Shown in pieces: positions 10,164 to 21,443 of a DNA stretch of 64,000 nucleotides. Below the pieces are notes generated by a model that was not told the origin of the DNA, did not search any database, and saw only the letters and a list, made by a program, of their open reading frames with translations. Position 1 is the first letter of the stretch, and the number at the start of each line of letters is the position of its first letter. Source of the DNA: Actinomycetota bacterium (GTDB taxonomy: Bacteria; Actinomycetota; Actinomycetes; Nanopelagicales; Nanopelagicaceae); contig RGJX01000002.1 of assembly GCA_010023045.1 (NCBI GenBank), positions 8,999-72,998 of the forward strand. Direction: 5' to 3'. Both the position numbers and the translations under genes were made by a program.

Positions 10164-10637
10164 ATGACCGCTAAGACATGGCTTACTCAAGAAGCCGCTG
10201 ATCGTCTCGCTAACGAATTGAGAGAGCTTGAGACTTCTGGTCGAAGCGAAGTTGTTAAGAAAATTGAAGCCGCCCGCGCCGAAGGTGACTTGAAAGAGAA
10301 TGGTGGCTATCACGCAGCTCGGGAAGAGCAAGGAAAATTAGAGGCACGGATCCGCCAATTGAAAGCCTTACTTGAGAACGCAGAGATTGGAACGCCCAAA
10401 GGTGAAGCTGGTCAAGTAAGCCCCGGCATGAAAGTGGCGGTAGAGATCATGGGAAAGAAGATGGAATTTCTCCTCGGCTCACGTGAGATAGCAAGCGGTG
10501 AGTTAGATGTCTATAGCGAACAATCTCCGCTTGGTGCCGCTGTTCTAGGAGCGAAAGTTGGCGATGAGCGGAGTTACACCGCGCCGAATGGCAAGGCGAT
10601 AAAGGTAAAGATTCTCGCTGCTGATTTCTTTGCCTAG
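10164..10637 (+). CDS. greA: transcription elongation factor GreA
   Basis: The WLTQEA...L..EL..L, AR..GDL.ENG.YHAAREEQ and C-terminal FKBP-like blocks are present. Length is 157 aa. Confidence 0.95.
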   Translation: MTAKTWLTQEAADRLANELRELETSGRSEVVKKIEAARAEGDLKENGGYHAAREEQGKLEARIRQLKALLENAEIGTPKGEAGQVSPGMKVAVEIMGKKMEFLLGSREIASGELDVYSEQSPLGAAVLGAKVGDERSYTAPNGKAIKVKILAADFFA

Positions 10638-10667
10638 ATGCTTACTCTGAATCTATCTCTCTAAGAA

Positions 10668-11468
10668 TTACTTGGAAGCTACGTTTACATACTTCCTAAT
10701 ACTTAGTGGAACAAAGATCGCCATTAGCAAGACCATATAAATGAGCGACATCTCGAGGGGATTCTGGCTCGGCCAAGAGTTTGCAGTAACGCCAAAGATA
10801 TTTTGAAGTCCAAATAGCTCGCGGCAAGCTGCCACCATCGTTGAGACTGGATTCCATTCTGCGAAATATTGAAGCGCCTTAGGCATCCCCGTTGTTGGGG
10901 CAAAGGCATTTGAGAGGAAGGTGAGCGGGAAGACTGCGATAAAGACAGCAGCGTTAGCTACTCGCGCCGATCTCACAGATAACCCAATCAAGATTCCAAT
11001 CCAAGCCATCGCAAATCCAAAGAAGAGCAAGAAAATAAAGCCAAGCATGACTTTGAATAGCCCGGAATCAGGGCGCCATCCAACTAAGAACCCAGCTAAA
11101 CCCATAACAAATAGCACAACGATATTTAGTAAGCCATCACCGAGGGCTCTTCCGAAAACTACAGCACCTCGCGAAATGGGAAGTGAGCGGAAGCGATCTA
11201 TCAAGCCTTTCTGCATATCTTCAGCAAGTCCTACCGCAGTTCCAGCAAGGGTGAAGGCAACGGTCTGAACGAAGATTCCAGGCATAAGTAGTTGCACGTA
11301 ATCAACTCCAGGAATACCAGTTGAGATCGAACCGCCAAAGACGTAACGAAATAGCAGCACGAACATGACTGGCTGGATAGTTGAGAAGATCAAGACTTCC
11401 GGGACGCGGATGAGTTGGAGCCATTGGCGCTTGGTAACAACTAAAGCATCAGATATCGCATGCGACAT
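10668..11468 (-). CDS. ABC-2 type exporter permease (DrrB-like)
   Basis: It has six hydrophobic segments with ABC-2 layout and lies directly downstream of a DrrA-like ATPase. The start is taken at ATG 11468, preceded by GAGGAAG; the longer ORF would overlap the ATPase by 35 nt. Confidence 0.8.
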   Translation of the reverse strand: MSHAISDALVVTKRQWLQLIRVPEVLIFSTIQPVMFVLLFRYVFGGSISTGIPGVDYVQLLMPGIFVQTVAFTLAGTAVGLAEDMQKGLIDRFRSLPISRGAVVFGRALGDGLLNIVVLFVMGLAGFLVGWRPDSGLFKVMLGFIFLLFFGFAMAWIGILIGLSVRSARVANAAVFIAVFPLTFLSNAFAPTTGMPKALQYFAEWNPVSTMVAACRELFGLQNIFGVTANSWPSQNPLEMSLIYMVLLMAIFVPLSIRKYVNVASK

Positions 11469-11478
11469 TATTTCTTCC

Positions 11479-12522
11479 TCACTTCTTCTCTTTCCGGTTC
11501 TTTCTCCGGCCACGAGCCTTTACTTCGCCCTCATCTTCCGGCTTCTGCTCCTCGGCAACATGTCCGGTTAGCGAGATAAATACATCATCAAGTGAGGGGC
11601 GCTTAAGACCGATATCAAGGGGATGAATTCCAAGATCATCGAGTTGTCGGGCTGCTTCAATCAAAGCTTTTGAACCTGTTGTAACCGGAGCAGAAACTTG
11701 GCGAATTCCCTCATCAACACTGACATTTCCGCCAGCGACTTTGGCAACAATCTCTTTAACTTGGGCTAGATCATTTGCGGCGGCGACTATCTCTAACCGC
11801 TCGCCACCGACTTGTCGCTTTAGTTGATCTGAGGTTCCACGGGCAATCACTTTTCCATGGTCAACAACAACGATGTCATCGGCAAGTTGATCGGCTTCTT
11901 CCAAATATTGAGTGGTCAATAACAGCGTCGTTCCGCCCCTTACCAAACTCTTGATAACTCCCCACATTTCTTGGCGGCCTCTTGGATCAAGGCCCGTAGT
12001 TGGCTCATCAAGAAAGAGAATCTTAGGCTTAACAATTAGCGAGGCGGAGAGATCAAGCCTTCTTCGCATACCACCGGAGTAAGTTCTAATCGGGCGCTTT
12101 GCAGCATCGGTGAGGCTAAATTGTTCAAGCAATTCCGTAGCTCGCTGCTTCGCCGCCTTAGGTGAGAGATGATAAAGCCGACCAAACATGATCAAGTTAT
12201 CCCAGCCAGTTAGGGTTTCATCGACAGCGGCATATTGGCCAGATAATCCAATTACTTCTCTTACTTTTTCCGGTTCCTTAATTACATCAATTCCTGCGAC
12301 AGTTGCGCGACCAGAATCTGGAATTAGTAGCGTTGTTAATACACGGACCGTAGTGGTCTTGCCCGCACCATTTGGCCCAAGAACGCCAAGTACTGTGCCT
12401 TCACTCACATCAAGGGTGAGTCCATCGAGAGCGCGAACCTTGCCGCCGTCGTAAGTCTTCACCAAATCTTCTGCAATTACGCTTTTCACTGTGTAGAGAG
12501 TAGTAGCCTTACTACTCATCAC
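11479..12522 (-). CDS. ABC transporter ATP-binding protein (DrrA-like) with Lys/Arg-rich C-terminal tail
   Basis: It carries Walker A GPNGAGKTT, the signature YSGGMRRRL and Walker B LFLDEPTTGLD. The tail is KARGRRKNRKEKK. Confidence 0.9.
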   Translation of the reverse strand: MMSSKATTLYTVKSVIAEDLVKTYDGGKVRALDGLTLDVSEGTVLGVLGPNGAGKTTTVRVLTTLLIPDSGRATVAGIDVIKEPEKVREVIGLSGQYAAVDETLTGWDNLIMFGRLYHLSPKAAKQRATELLEQFSLTDAAKRPIRTYSGGMRRRLDLSASLIVKPKILFLDEPTTGLDPRGRQEMWGVIKSLVRGGTTLLLTTQYLEEADQLADDIVVVDHGKVIARGTSDQLKRQVGGERLEIVAAANDLAQVKEIVAKVAGGNVSVDEGIRQVSAPVTTGSKALIEAARQLDDLGIHPLDIGLKRPSLDDVFISLTGHVAEEQKPEDEGEVKARGRRKNRKEKK

Positions 12523-12553
12523 AAAATTAGGTACGAAATCACGTTAGGAAGAA

Positions 12554-14140
12554 ATGACAAAGCCCCTGACCCATCGCGAAATTATGATCATTATGAGCAG
12601 CCTTATGACCGGCCTGCTCCTCGCGGCCTTAGATCAAACAATTGTCTCTACTGCGTTAAAGATGATTGTCGAGGATTTCAATGGTTTAAATCATTATTCA
12701 TGGGTCGTAACTGCGTATTTACTTACCTCGACTGCATCCACTCCACTTTACGGAAAAATCTCAGATCTCTACGGAAGAAGACCGGTCTATCAATTCGCAA
12801 TCATTATCTTCTTGATTGGTTCATTCCTCGCAGGCGCCGCCACATCAATGGAGCAATTAATTATCTTCCGCGCTATACAAGGCTTAGGCGCCGGTGGATT
12901 GATGGCCCTCACATTTGTAATTGTCGGCGATATCGTCTCGCCACGCGAGCGTGGAAAATATCAGGGCCTCTTCGGCGCTGTCTGGGGGCTTTCATCAGTT
13001 GCTGGTCCACTTCTCGGTGGCTTCTTCTCAGATCGCGGCGAAATCCTCGGAATAACTGGCTGGCGTTGGATTTTCTATATAAATCTTCCCTTTGGAATTC
13101 TTGCTCTGATAGTTACCTCTATGGTGCTTCATATCCCTAAGACCAAACGCGAACACAAGATCGATTACCTAGGTGCGCTACTAGTAGTAGCCGCGGTGGT
13201 CTTTGTCCTTGTGGCGCTCTCAGTTCTTGGGCCAGAAAATGGTTGGAGTGATCCGCGAACAGTTGGTGCGCTCTCCCTTGGCTCAGTAATTGTCGTGCTC
13301 TATATGTTCTGGGAGAAACGAGCAGTCGAACCAATCCTGCCGCTATCGCTCTTTAAGAACCATACCTTCACGCTCACTTCAATCATCGGCTTCATCATCG
13401 GCGCAGGAATGTTTGGCGCCATCATCATGCTTCCGCTCTACTTGCAGATTGTCCAAGGAGCAACAGCGACCGAGGCAGGCTTAAAACTCATTCCGTTGAT
13501 GCTGGGAATCTTGACTGTCACGATAACAACGGGGCGAATCATCACCAAAACTGGCAAATACAAGATCTATCCGATTCTTGGAACAATAACAATGAGTATT
13601 GGCTTGCTACTCATGACTCAGCTTGAGGTCAATACTCCTTACTGGCAGCTCTCCATCTACGCGATAATTGTTGGAGCTGGACTCGGTGCTTCAATGCAGA
13701 CCATTGTTATTGCGTTACAGAACGCGGTGGAATTCAAAGATCTTGGTATCGCAACTTCATCAAATACCTTCTTCCGCTCACTTGGTGGCGCTTTCGGTAC
13801 TGCAATATTTGGAACCATATTGAGCACGCAAATTGGCAAGAATCTTGAAAGTGGATTTGGTGAACTTGCTAAGACTAGCCCCGATAAATTAGCCGGAGTA
13901 GATCCAACAGTGCTTAGCTCCCTTGAAAACAATACCGAGGCTATCTCTACTCTTCCGGTGGAAGTTCAAAACACTGTTTTGGAGGCCTTCATGAACGCAT
14001 TCCAAGTCGTTTTCTGGGCGGCATTCCCAGTCGTTGCGATTGGATTTCTCTTTGCGCTATTCCTAAAAGAGAAACCGCTACAAGATAGCCATGAGCATGC
14101 CTCAGCTCGCCAAGATGCTGCCGGAGAGTCGCTCGCTTGA
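12554..14140 (+). CDS. MFS transporter, DHA2 (EmrB/QacA-like, about 14 TM)
   Basis: At 528 aa it has the [11 protein letters not shown] and [10 protein letters not shown] motifs typical of DHA2 drug:H+ antiporters. Confidence 0.85.
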   Translation: MTKPLTHREIMIIMSSLMTGLLLAALDQTIVSTALKMIVEDFNGLNHYSWVVTAYLLTSTASTPLYGKISDLYGRRPVYQFAIIIFLIGSFLAGAATSMEQLIIFRAIQGLGAGGLMALTFVIVGDIVSPRERGKYQGLFGAVWGLSSVAGPLLGGFFSDRGEILGITGWRWIFYINLPFGILALIVTSMVLHIPKTKREHKIDYLGALLVVAAVVFVLVALSVLGPENGWSDPRTVGALSLGSVIVVLYMFWEKRAVEPILPLSLFKNHTFTLTSIIGFIIGAGMFGAIIMLPLYLQIVQGATATEAGLKLIPLMLGILTVTITTGRIITKTGKYKIYPILGTITMSIGLLLMTQLEVNTPYWQLSIYAIIVGAGLGASMQTIVIALQNAVEFKDLGIATSSNTFFRSLGGAFGTAIFGTILSTQIGKNLESGFGELAKTSPDKLAGVDPTVLSSLENNTEAISTLPVEVQNTVLEAFMNAFQVVFWAAFPVVAIGFLFALFLKEKPLQDSHEHASARQDAAGESLA

Positions 14141-15360
14141 AGTTGAATTCTCCATTTAAAGGACTTCCCCGCGAAGTATCAGTACTTACAACCATTTCCT
14201 TCTTGGTTGCCATTGGCTTTGGTCTAATAATCCCAGCCATCCCAATCTTTGCCCGCACTTTTGGAGTCACAAATACTTTGATTGGCTTGATCATCTCAAG
14301 CTTTGCAATCATGCGCTTTCTCTCCGGACTCTTCTCCGGCAAATTGGTAGATCGCTTTGGTGAACGATTAGTCCTTGGCAGCGGCCTATTGATGGTCTCG
14401 GTATTTACCCTTTTAGCTGGCCTTGCTCAAAGTTATGGACAACTACTTTTCTTCCGCACTGCTGGTGGACTTGGTTCCTCGATGTTCTCTGTTTCTGCTG
14501 GAGCGCTTTTGCTTCGCGTTGTAGGAGATGACCAACGCGGTAGAGCCCAATCTCTCTATAACGGTGGCTTCATTGCTGGTGGAGTAGCCGGTCCAGCATT
14601 TGGTGGCGCTCTTCTTGCGATCTCACCCCGTGCACCTTTCTTTATCTACACCGCACTTCTAATCGTTGCTGGCACTGTCTCGCTGATCTTCTTACATGAA
14701 AAACGCCTCGGCAGCGCAAGCAAATCTGTTGTAAGCGATGGTCCAGCGCTAACCATTAGAGAGGCGCTTAAGATTCGTCCTTATTTATATTCACTATTTC
14801 TTGCATTTCTTGGGAGCTGGATTTTCTTCGGAATGCGCTCCTCAATTCTTCCGCTTTATGCAATAGATGACCTCGGGGTATCAACTGCAGTTGTGGGATT
14901 GAGTTTTACCTTGGCGCTTGTTGCCCAAGGCGCTGTGATGGTTCGAGCTGGCAAGTACTCCGATAAAAATGGGCGCCGGCCAGTGATATTAGTGGGCTTT
15001 GCTATCACCTTATTTTCGCTAATTCTCTTAACGCTCTCCACTAACGTAACTTTCTATCTAATCTCCATGTTAGTTCTGGGATTAGGCGCTGGCTTCGCTA
15101 CATCTGCAGGCGCAATCGTTGGCGATGTAATCAAAGGAAAAAGTGGCAAGGTTTACGCCTTCTGGCAGATGGCTGGCGATGCCGGAATGATGGTCGGCCC
15201 GCTCCTATTAGGAGTTGTCGCTGACTTGTTTACCTATCGGACCGCGGTGCTAGTAAGCGCACTTGTTTTCTCATTAGCAATCCTGATTGCAATAAGAATC
15301 CCCGAGACAAATTCAGCTCGCCTCGGGGATTCTGCTAAACCGCAGTTACGTGAGGATTAG
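14137..15360 (+). CDS. MFS transporter (12 TM)
   Basis: A 407-aa polytopic protein with an MFS motif A-like G.L.DRFGER. Its TTG start overlaps the upstream TGA stop (TTGA). Confidence 0.8.
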   Translation: MKLNSPFKGLPREVSVLTTISFLVAIGFGLIIPAIPIFARTFGVTNTLIGLIISSFAIMRFLSGLFSGKLVDRFGERLVLGSGLLMVSVFTLLAGLAQSYGQLLFFRTAGGLGSSMFSVSAGALLLRVVGDDQRGRAQSLYNGGFIAGGVAGPAFGGALLAISPRAPFFIYTALLIVAGTVSLIFLHEKRLGSASKSVVSDGPALTIREALKIRPYLYSLFLAFLGSWIFFGMRSSILPLYAIDDLGVSTAVVGLSFTLALVAQGAVMVRAGKYSDKNGRRPVILVGFAITLFSLILLTLSTNVTFYLISMLVLGLGAGFATSAGAIVGDVIKGKSGKVYAFWQMAGDAGMMVGPLLLGVVADLFTYRTAVLVSALVFSLAILIAIRIPETNSARLGDSAKPQLRED

Positions 15361-16148
15361 TCGTTTCCACCACGCAAGATTGCTAGTAAGCGCAAAATCT
15401 CTAGATACAACCAAATTACGGTCATAACCAGTCCAAAGCCAGCGCGCCATGACTCTTCCTGTGGAAGTCCCATGCGAACGCCTTGTTCTGCCTGATCGAA
15501 ATCCAAGATTAAGAAGAAGCTAGCGAGTGCAACGCCAGCCATCGCAAGCATCGGACCAAAAACGCTTAGCGAGTAAAGACTTCCGCCACCTAGAAGAACG
15601 CTAATCAAGCTACCCATGGCAAGAACTAGATAACCAAGAGTTGCGCCGATTAGAACTTTGGTGAACTTTGGAGTCGCCCGTAGCCGGCCGCTCTTGTACA
15701 GGAAGAGCATTCCCACAAAAGCTGCGACGGTCGCTACGACTGCTTGCTGAACGATTCCTGGATAGAAGAGTTCAAATGTTCTGCTCAATATTCCCATTAA
15801 TAAACCTTGGAATACTGCGTAGGTCATATAGAGAGCCGGGCGAACCGTCTTGCTAAAGGCGCCAATTAGGCCAGTTACAAGTCCGCCAATTAAACCGATG
15901 AATAAGAATGATGATGGGAGATTTAAATACCAGGATGCAGCGCCGACGATGACTGCGATTCCCAAAAGTATTCCGGTACGAGCGACTACATCATCCATCG
16001 TCATCCGTCCGGTGCGTAGTGATGACGCAGCTGGAGCGTTGTAAACCTCTTCCAAGTTATCTTCAACTCTGGACTGAGGAATTGTCTCCATGGCTGCGTA
16101 CCCGCGCTTACCGTATGCACGGTTAAGAATCGGATTCGAACTATTCAT
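15357..16148 (-). CDS. Bax inhibitor-1/YccA family membrane protein
   Basis: It has seven hydrophobic helices after an N-terminal MNSSNPILNR... region, which is typical of actinobacterial BI-1 proteins. The start is taken at ATG 16148, preceded by AAGGAGAG. The longer ORF runs into the tRNA-like element. Confidence 0.8.
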   Translation of the reverse strand: MNSSNPILNRAYGKRGYAAMETIPQSRVEDNLEEVYNAPAASSLRTGRMTMDDVVARTGILLGIAVIVGAASWYLNLPSSFLFIGLIGGLVTGLIGAFSKTVRPALYMTYAVFQGLLMGILSRTFELFYPGIVQQAVVATVAAFVGMLFLYKSGRLRATPKFTKVLIGATLGYLVLAMGSLISVLLGGGSLYSLSVFGPMLAMAGVALASFFLILDFDQAEQGVRMGLPQEESWRAGFGLVMTVIWLYLEILRLLAILRGGND

Positions 16149-16162
16149 TGCTCTCCTTGTTA

Positions 16163-16235
16163 GTTCCCCGGTGGGGGTCGAACCCACACTTGGACGATTT
16201 TAAGTCGTCTGCCTCTGCCATTGGGCTACAGGGGC
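16163..16235 (-). tRNA. aberrant tRNA-like element: class I cloverleaf, anticodon UAA (Leu), top two acceptor pairs mismatched
   Basis: The hand-folded minus strand is GCCCCTG TA GCCC AATGGCAG AGGC A GACGA CTTAAAA TCGTC CAAGT GTGGG TTCGACC CCCAC CGGGGAA C. U8, A14, GG, U33, the TTCGA T-loop and A15/U48 are all present. However, 1:72 is G.A and 2:71 is C.A, the variable loop is only 5 nt despite the Leu anticodon, and no CCA is encoded. Confidence 0.4.
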
Positions 16236-16924
16236 TTACCAGCGTGGGCAAATCTACCTGCCTTGCGCACAACCGAATCCAGTTGGGATCGGGTTAACTT
16301 TCCCGTAAAAGTATTCTGTTGGCTCGGATGGTAACTACCGATGACTAACCTAATATTCCCGTCGCTTCCTCGAAACTTGAAATTGGCGCCATGGCTGAAC
16401 TTTGGGCGCTTTCTAGGCAATTCCTCACCAATCTCGCTCAGGGCCTTAAGCGTCGCCTTCCAGGCAATCCCGCCAAGAACCAGATAGGCCCGGGTTGTGG
16501 GAAAGAGTTCTTTGAACTCTTGGTTTAACCAATGGCTACATTCTTCAATCTCATCCAAATTCGGTTTGTTTCCGGGTGGAGCACAGTGCACCGCGCAAGT
16601 AATTCGAGTATCAAATAATTCCTGGCCATCATCTCTTGATTTACTTGTCTCTAACTTCGCTAACCCATTTTTATGAAGTGAGCGATACAACCAATCCCCC
16701 GAACTATCGCCCGTAAAGATCCGCCCAGTTCGATTTGCGCCATGAGCACCGGGAGCTAGTCCAACTACCAATACTCGCGCATCATCGGGGCCAAAACCTG
16801 GGACTGGTTTACCCCAATACTTCTCATCCTGGTAGGCCTTCCGCTTAACAATTGAGATCTCCTCGCGCCAATCAACCAGTCGCGGACATGCGCGGCATTT
16901 GATTATTTTCTGATCAAGTTTCAT
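16226..16924 (-). CDS. uracil-DNA glycosylase, family 5 (UdgB)-like
   Basis: It shows the CRACPRL Fe-S cysteine pattern, GLAPGAHGANRTGRIFTGD (the family 5-type motif) and a C-terminal HPS..N block. The start is taken at ATG 16924, one nt after the ppx stop (TAAGATG). Confidence 0.8.
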   Translation of the reverse strand: MKLDQKIIKCRACPRLVDWREEISIVKRKAYQDEKYWGKPVPGFGPDDARVLVVGLAPGAHGANRTGRIFTGDSSGDWLYRSLHKNGLAKLETSKSRDDGQELFDTRITCAVHCAPPGNKPNLDEIEECSHWLNQEFKELFPTTRAYLVLGGIAWKATLKALSEIGEELPRKRPKFSHGANFKFRGSDGNIRLVIGSYHPSQQNTFTGKLTRSQLDSVVRKAGRFAHAGKPL

Positions 16925-16925
16925 C

Positions 16926-17864
16926 TTAATTTTTTCGCGGAGCTGCGATAGACCAAGCAATTCCATCGAGAATATCTCGCTCTGAGGCAACAAATTCACT
17001 GGCTCCGGTCGCCTTCATAATCCGATCCAATACAAGTGCGCCAGCTGCAATCACATCGACTCTTCCGGGATGCATATAGCCAAGCGCTGCAATTTGATCG
17101 CGAGTCATAGATAGAAATAGTTTTGAAATCTCAGAAGTCTTATCAGCGCTAATCCTAGATAAGTGAATTGCGTATCGGTCATACTCGGCTAAATCAAGAG
17201 CTGCGGCGGCAACAGTAGTTGCAGTTCCAGCAACTGCGATCAAGGTACGCGCTTGCTTGATTGGTACGACTTGTGCTGCCTGGGCTATGGCGTTATCGAT
17301 ATCTGCAATCGCTGCGGCAAGACTTGCCTTTGAAACCGGAGCGCTATTGAAATGGCGTTCGCTCATGCGGACGCAACCAATATTCACACTCTTTGCAGAG
17401 CGGACTTCACTCTCCCCAAATACAAATTCAGTAGATCCCCCACCTATATCAATCACCAAAAATGGAGCATCCGATGGGTGCATCTCGCTGATTGCGCCTG
17501 CAAATGAGAGTCGAGCTTCTTCATCTCCGGAGATAACTTCCGGCTCAATTCCCAAGATCTCTCTTACGCCATCAATAAAGAGCGCACGATTTTCCGCATC
17601 TCTTGTCGCGCTGGTGGCGCAGAATCGAATCGCAGTAACTCCACGACGCGCAATTTCCTCGCTAAATGAAGCAGTCGCTTTCAATGTCCGTTCGATAGCA
17701 GCTGGATCAAAACTCTTATTCTTATCCACTCCTTGGCCAAGTCTGACTATCTCCATAGTGCGATAGAGCTCTCGAAAATTTCCGCCTGATTCAGCTCCAG
17801 AAATTTCAGCTATGAGTAAGCGGATCGAGTTTGTTCCACAATCAATTGCTGCGACGCGACTCAC
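16926..17864 (-). CDS. ppx: Ppx/GppA family exopolyphosphatase
   Basis: The AAIDCGTNSIRLLIAE N-terminus and the DIGGGSTEF phosphate-2 motif are present. Length is 312 aa. Confidence 0.85.
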   Translation of the reverse strand: MSRVAAIDCGTNSIRLLIAEISGAESGGNFRELYRTMEIVRLGQGVDKNKSFDPAAIERTLKATASFSEEIARRGVTAIRFCATSATRDAENRALFIDGVREILGIEPEVISGDEEARLSFAGAISEMHPSDAPFLVIDIGGGSTEFVFGESEVRSAKSVNIGCVRMSERHFNSAPVSKASLAAAIADIDNAIAQAAQVVPIKQARTLIAVAGTATTVAAAALDLAEYDRYAIHLSRISADKTSEISKLFLSMTRDQIAALGYMHPGRVDVIAAGALVLDRIMKATGASEFVASERDILDGIAWSIAAPRKN

Positions 17865-17866
17865 TT

Positions 17867-18382
17867 CTAAATGTTCTCCCGATTTCTACGCTCTAGACAA
17901 TTACCGTTATCCCACCACTTTCCAATTCTCGCCAGCGCCTCATCCCCAAGTGGATTTACGCCAACACCAGCTGCAAGTGAATGTGCAACAAGTGAATGAA
18001 GGCACTTAACTCGATCGGGCATTCCACCAGCCGATATTCCAGCTACCTCCGGCACATCGATTCCAAGCGCAGTTCTTGCCGCAATGTAATCATCATGGGC
18101 AGCGTGATACTCCCCAGCAAGTTCGGCATCATCTTTTAAACGTTGATTCATCTCATCCATAAGATTTGAGTTTTCCAGCGTAGAAATCTCAGAAGTTAGA
18201 TTGGGGCATGTGGCGTAATAGAAGGTAGGAAATGGCGTTCCATCACTTAGACGCGGGGGCGTCTCAACGACTGCAGGATTTCCGCATGGACATCTAAAGG
18301 CGATGCGATGAACATCTCTCGCCGGGCGACCTAATTGGACCTCAAGAGCTTCTAAATCAGATTGGCTCGGTTTCTCACTCAT
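17867..18382 (-). CDS. DUF501 domain protein
   Basis: It has the conserved CPCG..AVVET.PRL.DGTPFPT.YY.TCP block. It sits in the conserved ftsB-like/DUF501/ppx order. Confidence 0.75.
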   Translation of the reverse strand: MSEKPSQSDLEALEVQLGRPARDVHRIAFRCPCGNPAVVETPPRLSDGTPFPTFYYATCPNLTSEISTLENSNLMDEMNQRLKDDAELAGEYHAAHDDYIAARTALGIDVPEVAGISAGGMPDRVKCLHSLVAHSLAAGVGVNPLGDEALARIGKWWDNGNCLERRNRENI

Positions 18383-18399
18383 GATCGCGCCTATTCTTA

Positions 18400-18843
18400 C
18401 TACGGAGTTCCGCTACCAACGCCGACTGAAGTTATTGAGGAGATAATTCGGGAATACCAAGGAACTCCCAGTGGAAAATCTTCATTGATTGGCGCAGCGC
18501 CTTCAGCCGTAGATGAGGCTTCATTGCCGGCTCCCAAAATTATGTATTGTCGTTCGCCCGGTAATACGAAGTGAAGCCTCGTGCGTGCTTGGGAGCGGAC
18601 ATAATCAGGATCATTCCAACGCTCCAATTCAGCGCGCGCTTCAAGAAGCTTTGCTCGGTTAGAAGCAACGCTGGCCTCTAGAGCGCTTATCTGGGCGCGT
18701 TGCGCGAAGTAATGCTGGGTTGGAGGCGCAAGAGTTACTGCGATAGCAAAGAGAACTATAAAGAGAATTAATAAACGAGTTGAGATTCCACGTCGCTGCG
18801 CAAAATCGCTAAAGGCACCACGAAGCGAGAGCCTGCGCCTCAT
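18400..18843 (-). CDS. septum formation initiator (FtsB/DivIC family) protein
   Basis: It has a single TM helix followed by a coiled coil (ISALEASVASNRAKLLEARAELERW.DPDYV), and it is located after eno. Confidence 0.75.
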   Translation of the reverse strand: MRRRLSLRGAFSDFAQRRGISTRLLILFIVLFAIAVTLAPPTQHYFAQRAQISALEASVASNRAKLLEARAELERWNDPDYVRSQARTRLHFVLPGERQYIILGAGNEASSTAEGAAPINEDFPLGVPWYSRIISSITSVGVGSGTP

Positions 18844-18866
18844 CGGATACCTCCTGAGCTCTAGAT

Positions 18867-20827
<1,961 letters not shown>

Positions 20828-20840
20828 TAAAGTTTTCGAA

Positions 20841-21440
20841 TTACTTATCAGTTACCGCATCGCCGGCAGGTTCGGATGGGATGACCGAGAAGGTCTTGCT
20901 ATCCCATGTTCCGTAGCGAGGATTGATGACGATTTTCAAACTATTTGCTTTCTCCGAAACCAGACCTTCAATTAGCTGATTTACAGCAGCATCATCTGAG
21001 CCAGCCTCGGTTGCAGCCGAGGTGATCTTTCGCAAAATTAAATCACGTCGCAAAACTGCATCAAGGCTCTCTTTAGCTATCGATGCATTTGCTAGAACTG
21101 AAGGAAGCATCTCTTGACCGCCGATGTTCTGGTAAATCTCTGCTTTGTAGGCCTCAAGTTCAGAATTAGCGATCTCAATCGAAGCATCCTTTGCTATTTC
21201 ATCGATGAGGATATTTGAGATCAAAAAAGAGAGTTGATTACGTGTAAGAGCTTCTCCAGTCTCGAGCTGCATCTGGGAGGTATCAATCTCGTCACGCTCT
21301 GCCAGAATTGCATCTACTTGTGATTGCAGCGTCTCCAAGGTGATCTCAACATCGCCGACGGTGGCAGCGCTGTTCATCTGGGAGCAACCAGTTAGAAATA
21401 GCGCTAACGATGCCAATACAGCGATGAAATACTTCTTCAC
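20841..21440 (-). CDS. lipoprotein with SurA N-terminal-like chaperone domain
   Basis: The signal peptide has a lipobox (LFLTGC). The mature part is helical and resembles the SurA_N / PpiC-associated domain. Confidence 0.55.
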   Translation of the reverse strand: MKKYFIAVLASLALFLTGCSQMNSAATVGDVEITLETLQSQVDAILAERDEIDTSQMQLETGEALTRNQLSFLISNILIDEIAKDASIEIANSELEAYKAEIYQNIGGQEMLPSVLANASIAKESLDAVLRRDLILRKITSAATEAGSDDAAVNQLIEGLVSEKANSLKIVINPRYGTWDSKTFSVIPSEPAGDAVTDK

Positions 21441-21443
21441 GTT

